32,927 bases of DNA from Christensenellaceae bacterium (GTDB lineage Bacteria; Bacillota; Clostridia; Christensenellales; Borkfalkiaceae): the NCBI GenBank assembly GCA_045647825.1, contig JAZRMS010000049.1, positions 1 to 32,927 of the forward strand, read 5' to 3'. Within the stretch, counting starts at the first letter, position 1, and each line of letters starts with the position of its first letter. The translations under genes were made by a program, and so were the position numbers. Of the stretch, positions 9,123 to 17,033 are shown piece by piece. The notes under the pieces were generated by a model that was not told the origin of the DNA, ran no database searches, and saw only the letters and a list, made by a program, of their open reading frames with translations.

Positions 9123-10514
9123 TTAATACGCTCCTTTTTTAGTTGGTAAATTCAAATTGTTTGGGTTTAAAAAATATTCGTTAATTCCGTAAGTCAATGC
9201 GTCCGTGTAGTCGTTCGGTATCGCAGGGTCTAGCTTGTAGTTCTTCCAGGTTACAGACTCCAATTGATAAACTAACGGCTCGGTGTCTGCCGTTGTTGGC
9301 ACAAACTTTCTCGTTCTAAAGTCATAATAACCGCCAAAATCAACGATTTTAACCATATTCTTGGCAAAACAGTTATTCACAACTGAGTTGTTGTTAATAA
9401 TGTTCTTTCTCGTAAACGGTTTAACTTCGTGATAGCCGTCTATGTTGTATCTTAATTGCGTTATCAAATCGGCAGAAGCGCAGTCTATCGAGAATAAGCT
9501 CATTATTCCTGCATCGTAAACGTCATACTTCTTACACATTTCTTCAACGTAAGTAAGTATAAGTTCTACTAACTGACTAGGCGCAAGCACTATACCTGTT
9601 TCTAAAGGGTTATAGTAAAACCGTTCTAATACATATGCTTGTCCGTTAGTGTAAACGGCTAAAGGTGCAATACCTGTGCTATCGTGAGTAATAGCACCGT
9701 CGCCACCCCAAATAATGTATTCAATCTGTTGTCCTTGAGTTTCTTTTCGCCACTCTTCTACGCTTATATAATGCCTATCTCGTTTAAATTGTCCGTAAGC
9801 TCCGCCTGCTAGTTCGTCAAGTTCCCCTAAATATAAAAACTTATACATTAAAGGGTTATACTTTCTTTCGTTCTCGATTTCTTCCTTAGTTACAGGCGAT
9901 AAATACTTGTAAATGTTCAAGTAGTTTGCGTCTATGAACTCATAAACGCCTGCATAACGGTATTTACGGCAATAGCTGTTCCACCAATGCGCTTTTACCA
10001 TTTCGGGGTTTCCTGCCAAAATTACTCGGCTTTTAATTGACGCATCTACAGAACGTATAAACGTTGCAACAGCCTGCCTTAAAGACTGCTCGTCCTTTAA
10101 TTGTTGTGTTTCATCACAAATGATAAGACTTATAGGCTTTTTGCCTTTAAAGCCCTTAGAACGGCTATAATCAGCTCCACCTATACCTTTAAAGTAAATA
10201 GTGTTACCGTGTTTTGTTCTAATTCTCAACGGGCTTGTTTTAGCTGAATAAAAAGAGCCTTGCCCTATCATTTCGGCAAAGCTCAATATTTCGTTATATA
10301 AAGAGTCTTCAAGTGAGTTATAATTTGCTCTCGTTACGACTATATCGTGTTTTGGGTATTTATTCGCATAAATGTAAACTACTTGTCCTAGTGCGTAAGA
10401 CTTGCCACTAATACGTGGGCTATACATTATTACAGTAGTTTTATCGGTTGTTAGTATCTTGTCGTAAGGGCTAGCCATTGAAAAGTTAAGTTGCATCTTC
10501 GCCCCCACTTGCAT
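9123..10514 (-). CDS. terL: Terminase large subunit
   Basis: Walker A-like SPRISGKSYA, Walker B-like LIICDETQQ, and a C-terminal nuclease-sized half. It follows terS. The start is ambiguous: ATG 10514 or ATG 10496, both overlapping the terS 3' end. Confidence 0.85.
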   Translation of the reverse strand: MQVGAKMQLNFSMASPYDKILTTDKTTVIMYSPRISGKSYALGQVVYIYANKYPKHDIVVTRANYNSLEDSLYNEILSFAEMIGQGSFYSAKTSPLRIRTKHGNTIYFKGIGGADYSRSKGFKGKKPISLIICDETQQLKDEQSLRQAVATFIRSVDASIKSRVILAGNPEMVKAHWWNSYCRKYRYAGVYEFIDANYLNIYKYLSPVTKEEIENERKYNPLMYKFLYLGELDELAGGAYGQFKRDRHYISVEEWRKETQGQQIEYIIWGGDGAITHDSTGIAPLAVYTNGQAYVLERFYYNPLETGIVLAPSQLVELILTYVEEMCKKYDVYDAGIMSLFSIDCASADLITQLRYNIDGYHEVKPFTRKNIINNNSVVNNCFAKNMVKIVDFGGYYDFRTRKFVPTTADTEPLVYQLESVTWKNYKLDPAIPNDYTDALTYGINEYFLNPNNLNLPTKKGAY

Positions 10515-10872
10515 CTTCTATCGTTATCGTAATACCTGTAACGTTCTCGTCAGAGTGTTCATCAGAAAAGTTATATTTTATATCGTAGTAATCGATAATC
10601 TTCAAAAGCTCAGTAGCACTTGCATCGTTTATCTTCCTTTTAAGACCTTCCATTGCCTTGTCGTAAATAATACGTGCAATTTCTTTATTATCTTTCTTTT
10701 GAGCTCCGCTTTGAACTTCCTCTTCGTTTTTTGAATTTTTAAATTTAATCAATATCTTTGATATTGCGTTAGGTGAAACTTTGAACTTTCGTGCAATCTC
10801 ACTTTTGGTCTTTCCCGAAGCGTAATCAGAAACAACTTCGGCACGTTCTTTTTCGGTAAGTCGTTTACTCAT
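10486..10872 (-). CDS. terS: Terminase small subunit (HTH type)
   Basis: 128 aa. N-terminal HTH reads GKTKSEIARKFKVSPNAISKIL. It is immediately upstream of and overlapping terL, with RBS taaggagcggtagaaATG. Confidence 0.75.
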   Translation of the reverse strand: MSKRLTEKERAEVVSDYASGKTKSEIARKFKVSPNAISKILIKFKNSKNEEEVQSGAQKKDNKEIARIIYDKAMEGLKRKINDASATELLKIIDYYDIKYNFSDEHSDENVTGITITIEDASGGEDAT

Positions 10873-10902
10873 TTCTACCGCTCCTTATAATTTTTTTGTA
10901 AT

Positions 10903-10930
10903 AAAAAAGCACCTACCGTTAAGTAAGTGC
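10903..10930 (-). terminator. Strong intrinsic terminator immediately upstream of terS
   Basis: Minus-strand RNA GCACUUAC-UUAACG-GUAGGUGC forms an 8-bp stem followed by UUUUUU. Confidence 0.8.
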
Positions 10931-10939
10931 TTTTGTGTT

Positions 10940-11188
10940 TTAGTAAATTACGTCTGGGTCATATTTATAACCTAAGACTTCTTCCCACGTTTTGTGGTTT
11001 TCTATACAATAATCATATACTGCATCTGGGTTTCCGTAGAAATTCTCTACCAAAATACTATTTCCCATTAGCTCCATCATTGGTATAGGCTCAGCGTTAG
11101 GAAACACTTTTCTATACCTTTTAAACCATTCACTCATAAATTCTTCTTCAAATTCTTTTATATCAAAATCAAAACCAACTTCTACCAT
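10940..11188 (-). CDS. Small acidic hypothetical protein, coupled to the HExxH protein
   Basis: 82 aa. Its RBS aaaggagaaataat-ATG lies inside the 3' end of the upstream gene, with a 1-nt gap. Confidence 0.65.
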   Translation of the reverse strand: MVEVGFDFDIKEFEEEFMSEWFKRYRKVFPNAEPIPMMELMGNSILVENFYGNPDAVYDYCIENHKTWEEVLGYKYDPDVIY

Positions 11189-11189
11189 A

Positions 11190-12443
11190 TTATTTCTCCT
11201 TTATTGCGTTATACTTTTGCTCAAAAGCATCATAAGTTTTAGGCAAATATTTCTTCATTATATCTAAACCTTTTGTATCGTTTGTCATTTTTAACGAAAA
11301 ATATTCTGCCCACGCCTCACCTTGAGCATTGTGCCACTTGTTATATGAGCCACTGTGTCCATAATATCCGTCAGAATATAAATTTATTTTGTTATTCGTG
11401 TAAAGACCAAAGAAATCAGTTAAAATAGCACAACGTTTAATATTGTTATGGATAGGTCTGTTATGTTTTTCTAACTCTTCGTTATACTCTTTTTGTTTTT
11501 GTTTGGCTCTTGCGTTTGTTCCGTCACTTTCTGCTTGTTGCCAAGCCTTATAGTCTTTATTGTAGCTATCCCAAAGTTTTACAGAGTTTTCATATCCATA
11601 CTCACCAAATAACTGCCTTGCCCTTTCTGGTGTATAACTAGGCTTATATGGTTCTTTTACATAACCAAACTCAGTTAATGATTTGTGCGCCCATAATTGG
11701 TCTTTTTCTGTTGCTTTTGCTAAACCTTTATAAAACGCTCTATATTGCTCACGCTTAATACGGTCCATACTTTTTAACGGTTCAGTTCCACCACCCAACT
11801 TAAGAAAATCGTTAAAACAATTTAAAGCATCTTCGTGAACGCTCACAGTAGAGCTATCATACTTTATACTATAGCCCGTTTTATCCTCTCCTACCATATT
11901 ATCTATAAAGTGTCCATACTCGTGAAAGAAAGTTGTAGCATCAAAATCAAAACCTAACTCTTTATCTAAACCGTCACCGTTAGAGGTTTGGTCATATCTT
12001 AGATATCCACCACCTGTTGAATATTGACCACTACCGTTTGAATACGAGTGTAGCCTATCCGCATATTTAGATATAATAGCAATTTGCTCAGAAGAAAGCT
12101 TGTCTAAGTTTCTCTCCAATTTTTCTTTGGCAGTTTTACTCAACGTTGCAAAAGCTTTAGATTGAGTTATAGTCATCTTGTGACCTTCCCTTTGAGCGTC
12201 AACTTCTTTTACAGGCTCACTCTCAATCTCTTCAGTAGCCTTTTCCTTAAGCTTCTCATACTCGTTTTCAGGGTTTATTCCACGTTTCTTTAGCATCTCC
12301 CAAACTTGTCTAGGGGTCATACCTTCTGTTGATAAACCTAAGCCTTTTGCTATGCCGTATGGTAAACGAGTATTTGCTCCATTGCCTTCGTCTGGCTCAA
12401 CTACTTCAAATTTAGGTTGTTCGTATATTTTCTTTTCTGCCAT
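11190..12443 (-). CDS. Putative zincin-type metallopeptidase (HExxH) protein, 417 aa
   Basis: FFHEYGHFID contains HExxH. The later GHSGSYNKWHNAQGEAWAEYFS could supply a third ligand (E-x-x-A-E-x-F). ATG 12443 has RBS aaagga 10 nt upstream. The track's TTG 12473 has no RBS and is the -35 hexamer of a promoter. Confidence 0.55.
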   Translation of the reverse strand: MAEKKIYEQPKFEVVEPDEGNGANTRLPYGIAKGLGLSTEGMTPRQVWEMLKKRGINPENEYEKLKEKATEEIESEPVKEVDAQREGHKMTITQSKAFATLSKTAKEKLERNLDKLSSEQIAIISKYADRLHSYSNGSGQYSTGGGYLRYDQTSNGDGLDKELGFDFDATTFFHEYGHFIDNMVGEDKTGYSIKYDSSTVSVHEDALNCFNDFLKLGGGTEPLKSMDRIKREQYRAFYKGLAKATEKDQLWAHKSLTEFGYVKEPYKPSYTPERARQLFGEYGYENSVKLWDSYNKDYKAWQQAESDGTNARAKQKQKEYNEELEKHNRPIHNNIKRCAILTDFFGLYTNNKINLYSDGYYGHSGSYNKWHNAQGEAWAEYFSLKMTNDTKGLDIMKKYLPKTYDAFEQKYNAIKEK

Positions 12444-12444
12444 T

Positions 12445-12473
12445 ATTATACATTCCTTTATCGTTTTTGTCAA
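12445..12473 (-). promoter_or_regulatory. Consensus sigma-A/sigma-70 promoter (TTGACA-17-TATAAT)
   Basis: On the minus strand, TTGACA is at 12473..12468 and TATAAT at 12450..12445, with a 17-nt spacer. It lies directly after a strong terminator. The -10 ends 1 nt before ATG 12443. Confidence 0.55.
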
Positions 12474-12483
12474 TATTGTTTAT

Positions 12484-12513
12484 AAAAAAAGCACTATGCT
12501 ACTGCATAATGCT
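12484..12513 (-). terminator. Strong intrinsic terminator ending the early/middle operon
   Basis: Minus-strand RNA AGCAUUAUGC-AGUA-GCAUAGUGCU forms a 10-bp stem with one G.U pair, followed by UUUUUUU. Confidence 0.85.
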
Positions 12514-12522
12514 TTAGTGGTT

Positions 12523-12762
12523 TTATTTTATTTTACAAATTTCAAAAAGTTTTTCATAAATACCGTCGTAAGTTAAATTTTCTTTTTGACCTTCTATATA
12601 TTTCTTCATTTCCAAACAATTTTCTACTGTTTTCTCTTTGTTATGTGTTGCCGTTACAAAAGCTATTCCTTTTTGGTCTTCAATAGAAAGACTTGTTGTT
12701 TTTAACACAGATATTAACAGTTTAAAAGCCTTTAATTCTTCATCAATTACCATATTCTTCAC
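12523..12762 (-). CDS. Hypothetical protein
   Basis: 79-aa ORF that overlaps the upstream gene end by 20 nt. Confidence 0.55.
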   Translation of the reverse strand: MKNMVIDEELKAFKLLISVLKTTSLSIEDQKGIAFVTATHNKEKTVENCLEMKKYIEGQKENLTYDGIYEKLFEICKIK

Positions 12763-13192
12763 CTAAAGAATTTATATATTTTTCATTACCAACTATTTTT
12801 ACTTTTATCTTACAAAGTATCAACTCTTCTTCCCTATTATACGTATAAACATAATAAGCATTTGCAAGAAAGATTGCGCCTTTACTAGGTATATGGTTTG
12901 CATTATATCTGTTTATTTCTGAACACATTCTTTTATATTCTCTTGACGGCAACAATAAAAACTCACTACTATCATCGCCCCACCGTTGTTCATTTATACG
13001 ATAAGACTCTATAACGGTCATTCCCTTATACATAAAATACTTTTTGCCATTTTTTGTGCACCAAACACCTTTATTGCCTTCATCATCTTCGCTCCACCCT
13101 GTAGAACAACCAATTAGACGGTCATTACTATCAAATTCTAATCTTCGTGCTTTACCCATTGCTATTCTACCATACCTTTTACTTCTTGTCAA
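12743..13192 (-). CDS. Hypothetical protein
   Basis: 149-aa ORF with TTG start preceded by gaggtggg. An alternative ATG lies at 13159. Confidence 0.55.
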   Translation of the reverse strand: MTRSKRYGRIAMGKARRLEFDSNDRLIGCSTGWSEDDEGNKGVWCTKNGKKYFMYKGMTVIESYRINEQRWGDDSSEFLLLPSREYKRMCSEINRYNANHIPSKGAIFLANAYYVYTYNREEELILCKIKVKIVGNEKYINSLGEEYGN

Positions 13193-13316
13193 CCCACCTC
13201 ACGAGAAAAGCCCCGACAACTTAATCGAGGCTCTCTTCAGGGGAAATAGAAAAGGTGAATTGCAGTCTTCCACAATAGCATTTTAACACATTAAAACTAA
13301 CATTTCCTAATATGTT

Positions 13317-13787
13317 TTATTTTTCTTCATAAAAATAAAAATTTTCGAATTTAAGCCCTAGTTCTTCTGTTAATTTAGCAATTTTCTTTTTAGCTATACC
13401 AACTTTATTCCAAAGAGAGTTAATATCGTAATTATAGTTTCTTGCAGTTTCGTTGTAGCTCTTACCGAGCAAGTAAATATCGGCTAAAATATCGCAGTCA
13501 TTGTCTTTGTTAGGCAATAAGTAAATAATCTTCATTGCGTATTCATAAGCCGTTGTTTTGTCAATGAGAGCTTTCTGCACGGCGTTAGATAGCTCAATCT
13601 CTTTATCTATCAACCTTTCTATAACGTTTTCTTTTTCGCCACCTTGCACCCTTATAGCCGAGTAATCAAAGCCTTTAAGTCCTTGCATCTCGTAACGTAG
13701 CTTACACAACGCAAAAAGTTTTTTGTCGTAGATTGAACACTTACGCTTATATTCACTTAAGATTATAGCAATTTCTTTTTTTGTCAT
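13317..13787 (-). CDS. Putative late-gene transcriptional regulator (ArpU/RinA/sigma-70 region-4-like)
   Basis: 156 aa. The C-terminal HTH-like segment ILADIYLLGKSYNETARNYNYDINSLWNKVGIAKKKI resembles sigma region 4 and the ArpU/RinA family. It sits at the end of the early block. Confidence 0.45.
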   Translation of the reverse strand: MTKKEIAIILSEYKRKCSIYDKKLFALCKLRYEMQGLKGFDYSAIRVQGGEKENVIERLIDKEIELSNAVQKALIDKTTAYEYAMKIIYLLPNKDNDCDILADIYLLGKSYNETARNYNYDINSLWNKVGIAKKKIAKLTEELGLKFENFYFYEEK

Positions 13788-13918
13788 TGCGATTTTTCTT
13801 TCTCCTTCTCTTTTTCGAGTTTTTCGACCTTATTACTTAGTTCTGAATAATTTTCGCCTAACACTATTAAAAAATCATATAACGTCTCTATGTTCCTTTC
13901 CAGTTGTTTCTTTGTCAT
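13784..13918 (-). CDS. Small coiled-coil ORF (44 aa) below the track threshold
   Basis: Sequence MTKKQLERNIETLYDFLIVLGENYSELSNKVEKLEKEKEKEKSQ. It has ATGA overlaps at both ends (13915..13918 and 13784..13787). Confidence 0.5.
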   Translation of the reverse strand: MTKKQLERNIETLYDFLIVLGENYSELSNKVEKLEKEKEKEKSQ

Positions 13919-14178
13919 AAAGCCTCCGTATCAATTTCATAGACTTTAACATATCTTTTCTCTCTTTCAAGGTATTCATCTAAAAGTTTTTTTGATGCTA
14001 CAAGTTTACCTATTGTTAAACCCTTTACAATTGCAGAAACTACAACCATAAAAAAACCTAAAACGCCAAATAACCAAAACTTAGAAACTAACGAAATAAG
14101 AGTAAAACCTATGCCTGTCAACAATTCCAGCATACCAAAGATTACTGAATATTCCTTTTTTCTATTTCTTTTCTTCAT
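13915..14178 (-). CDS. Small two-TM membrane protein
   Basis: 87 aa with two hydrophobic helices, LELLTGIGFTLISLV and LFGVLGFFMVVVSAIV. Confidence 0.6.
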   Translation of the reverse strand: MKKRNRKKEYSVIFGMLELLTGIGFTLISLVSKFWLFGVLGFFMVVVSAIVKGLTIGKLVASKKLLDEYLEREKRYVKVYEIDTEAL

Positions 14179-14560
14179 TTTTATACCACCTTGTTATATC
14201 AGTTACAGTTTTTTTCTGCTTATCAACTAATAAATAAACAATTTCTTTTGCATCTTTTTCGCCTATCACTAATTCTACTATAGCTGAACATATATCTTCA
14301 TCAACAACTTTAGGCACAATAGGTTCAATTTCGAAATTCGTAAAAATTTCTTGAGTATATAATTCTCCATATCTTAAATACGAAAAACAAACAACAGTTT
14401 CGAACAAAAAACCTGCTCTCCTTCTTTGGCTAAAAATGCGAGATGCCGAACTAATCGACTCAAGGTTCAACAAAAATTGCATAGTTTCCTCAAGCTTTTC
14501 ATATTTTTTAGCCAGTTCATTATAATTTTTGGTTAATTCTTCTTTGTTTTTTTTACACAT
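14162..14560 (-). CDS. Hypothetical protein (132 aa)
   Basis: Internal ATG 14560 has RBS aaggagaaaaataaaATG and removes the overlap with the upstream gene. Confidence 0.6.
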   Translation of the reverse strand: MCKKNKEELTKNYNELAKKYEKLEETMQFLLNLESISSASRIFSQRRRAGFLFETVVCFSYLRYGELYTQEIFTNFEIEPIVPKVVDEDICSAIVELVIGEKDAKEIVYLLVDKQKKTVTDITRWYKNEEKK

Positions 14561-14573
14561 TTTATTTTTCTCC

Positions 14574-15005
14574 TTATTTAAACGGGCAACCTGTAGCCTT
14601 GCCGTTCCCGTCTTTGCCCATTTCAACGAAAATTTTATAACAACGACAATTCGTGTGGTCTGCTCTGTCGCAACCTACGCATTCCATATTCCAACCTGCA
14701 TCTTCTAACAAGTCATTGATTACGTCATCGTCTATTTCGCATAAGACCTTATCTCTTACTATGCCTTTTGCATAAAACCCTAAATGATTGCCGTCTAAAA
14801 AGCCTTTAATCTTTTTTAGAAAGACATACCCTAACCTGTCTTCTACACTAAGCTTCATTTCTCTTAGGTTTCTAATTGCGTTGTTTACTTTCTTTTGCTC
14901 CTGCTCGCTTATAAACTCGCTTCTTGCAAATATCTTTAAATATTCTTCGCAAGCAAGTATAACAGTAAACAGTTCCCTTTCTTTTGCGTTTGCATAATTC
15001 TTCAC
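14574..15005 (-). CDS. Cys-rich hypothetical protein (possible Zn-binding)
   Basis: 143 aa. The C-terminus CVGCDRADHTNCRCYKIFVEMGKDGNGKATGCPFK carries CxxC...CxC...C. Confidence 0.55.
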   Translation of the reverse strand: MKNYANAKERELFTVILACEEYLKIFARSEFISEQEQKKVNNAIRNLREMKLSVEDRLGYVFLKKIKGFLDGNHLGFYAKGIVRDKVLCEIDDDVINDLLEDAGWNMECVGCDRADHTNCRCYKIFVEMGKDGNGKATGCPFK

Positions 15006-15394
15006 TCGTCTATCTCCCGTATTTTAATTTTAAATTTATAAAGCATCAATTTGCGCTTTAATACATATTCTTTTGTTCTAAAGCCTTTAACGTCTTCTAC
15101 AATCGTTTTTCCGCCTCTCTTATATACGAAATCGGCTTTGTAAATTACGGCTCTTTCAAGCACCTTTCCGCTCTCGTCCTTTATGGTAGGTATAAGAGTA
15201 AACGGCACTTGCCTTTGCAAGTCACTAATTACGTTTAGACTTTCTAGCATTTTAAGTTCGCAGTAGCGGTTAGCTTCTCGTTGGCTATCAAACTTAAAGC
15301 CGTCAACCACTACTTTATTGTTTCGGTATTTAGGCTCTTTAGTCGCATCTAAACCTAGTTTACGAGCCGTTTCACTATCTAGCCTAATCACCAT
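15002..15394 (-). CDS. DUF1064-family protein (putative Holliday-junction resolvase/endonuclease)
   Basis: The stretches KYRNNKVVVDGFKFDSQREANRYCELKMLE ... YKADFVY ... VEDVKG ... KRKL follow the DUF1064 pattern common in Firmicutes phages. Confidence 0.75.
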   Translation of the reverse strand: MVIRLDSETARKLGLDATKEPKYRNNKVVVDGFKFDSQREANRYCELKMLESLNVISDLQRQVPFTLIPTIKDESGKVLERAVIYKADFVYKRGGKTIVEDVKGFRTKEYVLKRKLMLYKFKIKIREIDE

Positions 15395-15539
15395 TGATTT
15401 TGTCCTTTAAGGCTTGATTTTCGGCTTTTAACAGTTCGTTATCTTCCTTAAGTTTTTTAATCTCTTCTATCAGAGCGAGTATTCGTTTACTATAAGAAAA
15501 GTGAACGTTAAAAGCTTTTTCTTTTTCTTCAACTGTCAT
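15384..15539 (-). CDS. Small coiled-coil ORF (51 aa) below the track threshold
   Basis: Sequence MTVEEKEKAFNVHFSYSKRILALIEEIKKLKEDNELLKAENQALKDKINGD. It fills an otherwise empty 150-nt gap, with RBS gaggtagaaggaATG. Confidence 0.45.
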   Translation of the reverse strand: MTVEEKEKAFNVHFSYSKRILALIEEIKKLKEDNELLKAENQALKDKINGD

Positions 15540-15544
15540 TCCTT

Positions 15545-15874
15545 CTACCTCAACTCTTCAAGTTTCTTTTCAGCTTCGGCTTTGGTTAGGAAAACATCAA
15601 TGCCAACTGCTTTTATTGGTATGTAAGTTTTTCCATACTTGCCGTTAATAATTGCATTTATTTCAAAACCTGCAACTTTATGACCTTTTACACCTATACT
15701 TGTTGTGCCGTTATCTTCCCAAGTTTCAAAGTAAATTTTATCTCCAACCTTGCAAGGCAACTCAATAAGCGTTCCGTTCTCGATTTTATCTTCAAGTTCG
15801 GCAAGGTATTCATAGGCTTTTGTATGCTTACTTTCTCGCCAATTTTTTACAGTAAATCTCTTATAATTACTCAT
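15545..15874 (-). CDS. Hypothetical protein
   Basis: 109-aa ORF with a 4-nt overlap with the upstream gene. Confidence 0.6.
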   Translation of the reverse strand: MSNYKRFTVKNWRESKHTKAYEYLAELEDKIENGTLIELPCKVGDKIYFETWEDNGTTSIGVKGHKVAGFEINAIINGKYGKTYIPIKAVGIDVFLTKAEAEKKLEELR

Positions 15875-16455
15875 TTCAAAAACTCCTCCAATGCTTCGTC
15901 TATATCTTTTTCGCTAATGCCGTTAAAACATTTGTCGGCGTGGTCTTTGTAAAAATCGACTATTACTCTTGTTTTCTTTTTCAACCTTTCGGCAAACTGT
16001 TTTAATTTGTCGGGAATAACAACTTCATAAGTGTTTTTAATGCCTTGTGCATAACCCTTTGCATAAAAAGCATTTTCTTTAATTTCTTCTTCTAACTCGG
16101 CAATTCGCTTTTCGGCTTTCTTCAAATCTTCATAGCAATAGTCAACAGTTTCGTAAACCACTTTGGCGTTGCGTAATAATTCGTTGTCTTTCTCTAACAA
16201 GGCAATTCGGTCTTTGAGTTCTTTGTTTTCTTCTCGTAAATCAAAAAATCTCGGCTCTAATTCGTTGAATTGTTTTTTAAACAAATCCCTTTCTTCCGTA
16301 AGCCTTTCGTTCTCGCTTTCCAACTCGTTAATATAAGTTAAAATATCAGCAAACCATATAATGTCACAAAACTTTTTGCCGTTGTCATAACCTAAACCAG
16401 TTTTTAAGTTAGTCTCCAACGCTTTCTTAATCTCTTTAACTTTTTCGCTTTCCAT
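15871..16455 (-). CDS. Coiled-coil hypothetical protein (194 aa)
   Basis: Internal ATG 16455 lies downstream of the ssb stop. The protein has long heptad-like E/K/L stretches. Confidence 0.55.
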   Translation of the reverse strand: MESEKVKEIKKALETNLKTGLGYDNGKKFCDIIWFADILTYINELESENERLTEERDLFKKQFNELEPRFFDLREENKELKDRIALLEKDNELLRNAKVVYETVDYCYEDLKKAEKRIAELEEEIKENAFYAKGYAQGIKNTYEVVIPDKLKQFAERLKKKTRVIVDFYKDHADKCFNGISEKDIDEALEEFLK

Positions 16456-16481
16456 ATTACTCTCACTTTTGCAACTACCTC

Positions 16482-16850
16482 TCAAAACGGTAAATCTTTC
16501 TCGTCTATAGGCTCAAGCTCAGCACTTGAACTTTCATTGCCTTGCTTTTTGCTCATAAACTCAACTTCGTTAGCAATTATATCTACGACGTAACGTTTGA
16601 TGCCGTCTTTGTCGTCATAAGTCCTATTTCTTAATTGCGCCACTATTGCAACCTTACTACCCTTTTCAAGCCATTTTAAGCAGTTATCGGCTTGTATGCC
16701 ATAGACAGAAACATTAAAGTATTCTACGTGTCTTTCTTCGCCTTGCTTATAGCTGTTAATTGCTACATTAAGTTTCGCAAAAGTCTTATCGTTTGCCTTG
16801 CCACCTTCTGGCGCTTTAGTTAAATTTCCTATTAAAAATAATTTATTCAT
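16482..16850 (-). CDS. ssb: Single-stranded DNA-binding protein
   Basis: N-terminal OB-fold signature MNKLFLIGNLTKAPE, and the typical acidic C-terminal tail ending DEKDLPF. Confidence 0.9.
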   Translation of the reverse strand: MNKLFLIGNLTKAPEGGKANDKTFAKLNVAINSYKQGEERHVEYFNVSVYGIQADNCLKWLEKGSKVAIVAQLRNRTYDDKDGIKRYVVDIIANEVEFMSKKQGNESSSAELEPIDEKDLPF

Positions 16851-17029
16851 TTTCTTTCTTCCTCTTTTAATTTTTTTAAGTTTTCCCTGTAGCAGGCAGT
16901 TCCACCTTTACATTTCTTTACGTCAATACCACAAGTAAGGCAAGCTAATTGCTTTTTAGTTGGTCGATGCTCGCCAACTATCTGTCCTTGTGTGTGAGTT
17001 ACTAACGTCCATATATGCGCTTGAACCAT
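16847..17029 (-). CDS. Small hypothetical protein
   Basis: 60-aa ORF with 4-nt overlaps. It contains CLTCG...KKCKGGTAC. Confidence 0.5.
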   Translation of the reverse strand: MVQAHIWTLVTHTQGQIVGEHRPTKKQLACLTCGIDVKKCKGGTACYRENLKKLKEEERK

Positions 17030-17033
17030 ACCC

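Noticed and set aside
12471-12473. TTG 12473 as the start of the HExxH protein (track start)
   Set aside because: No RBS precedes it. The codon is part of a TTGACA -35 box placed right after a terminator U-tract, whereas ATG 12443 has an AAGGA RBS.
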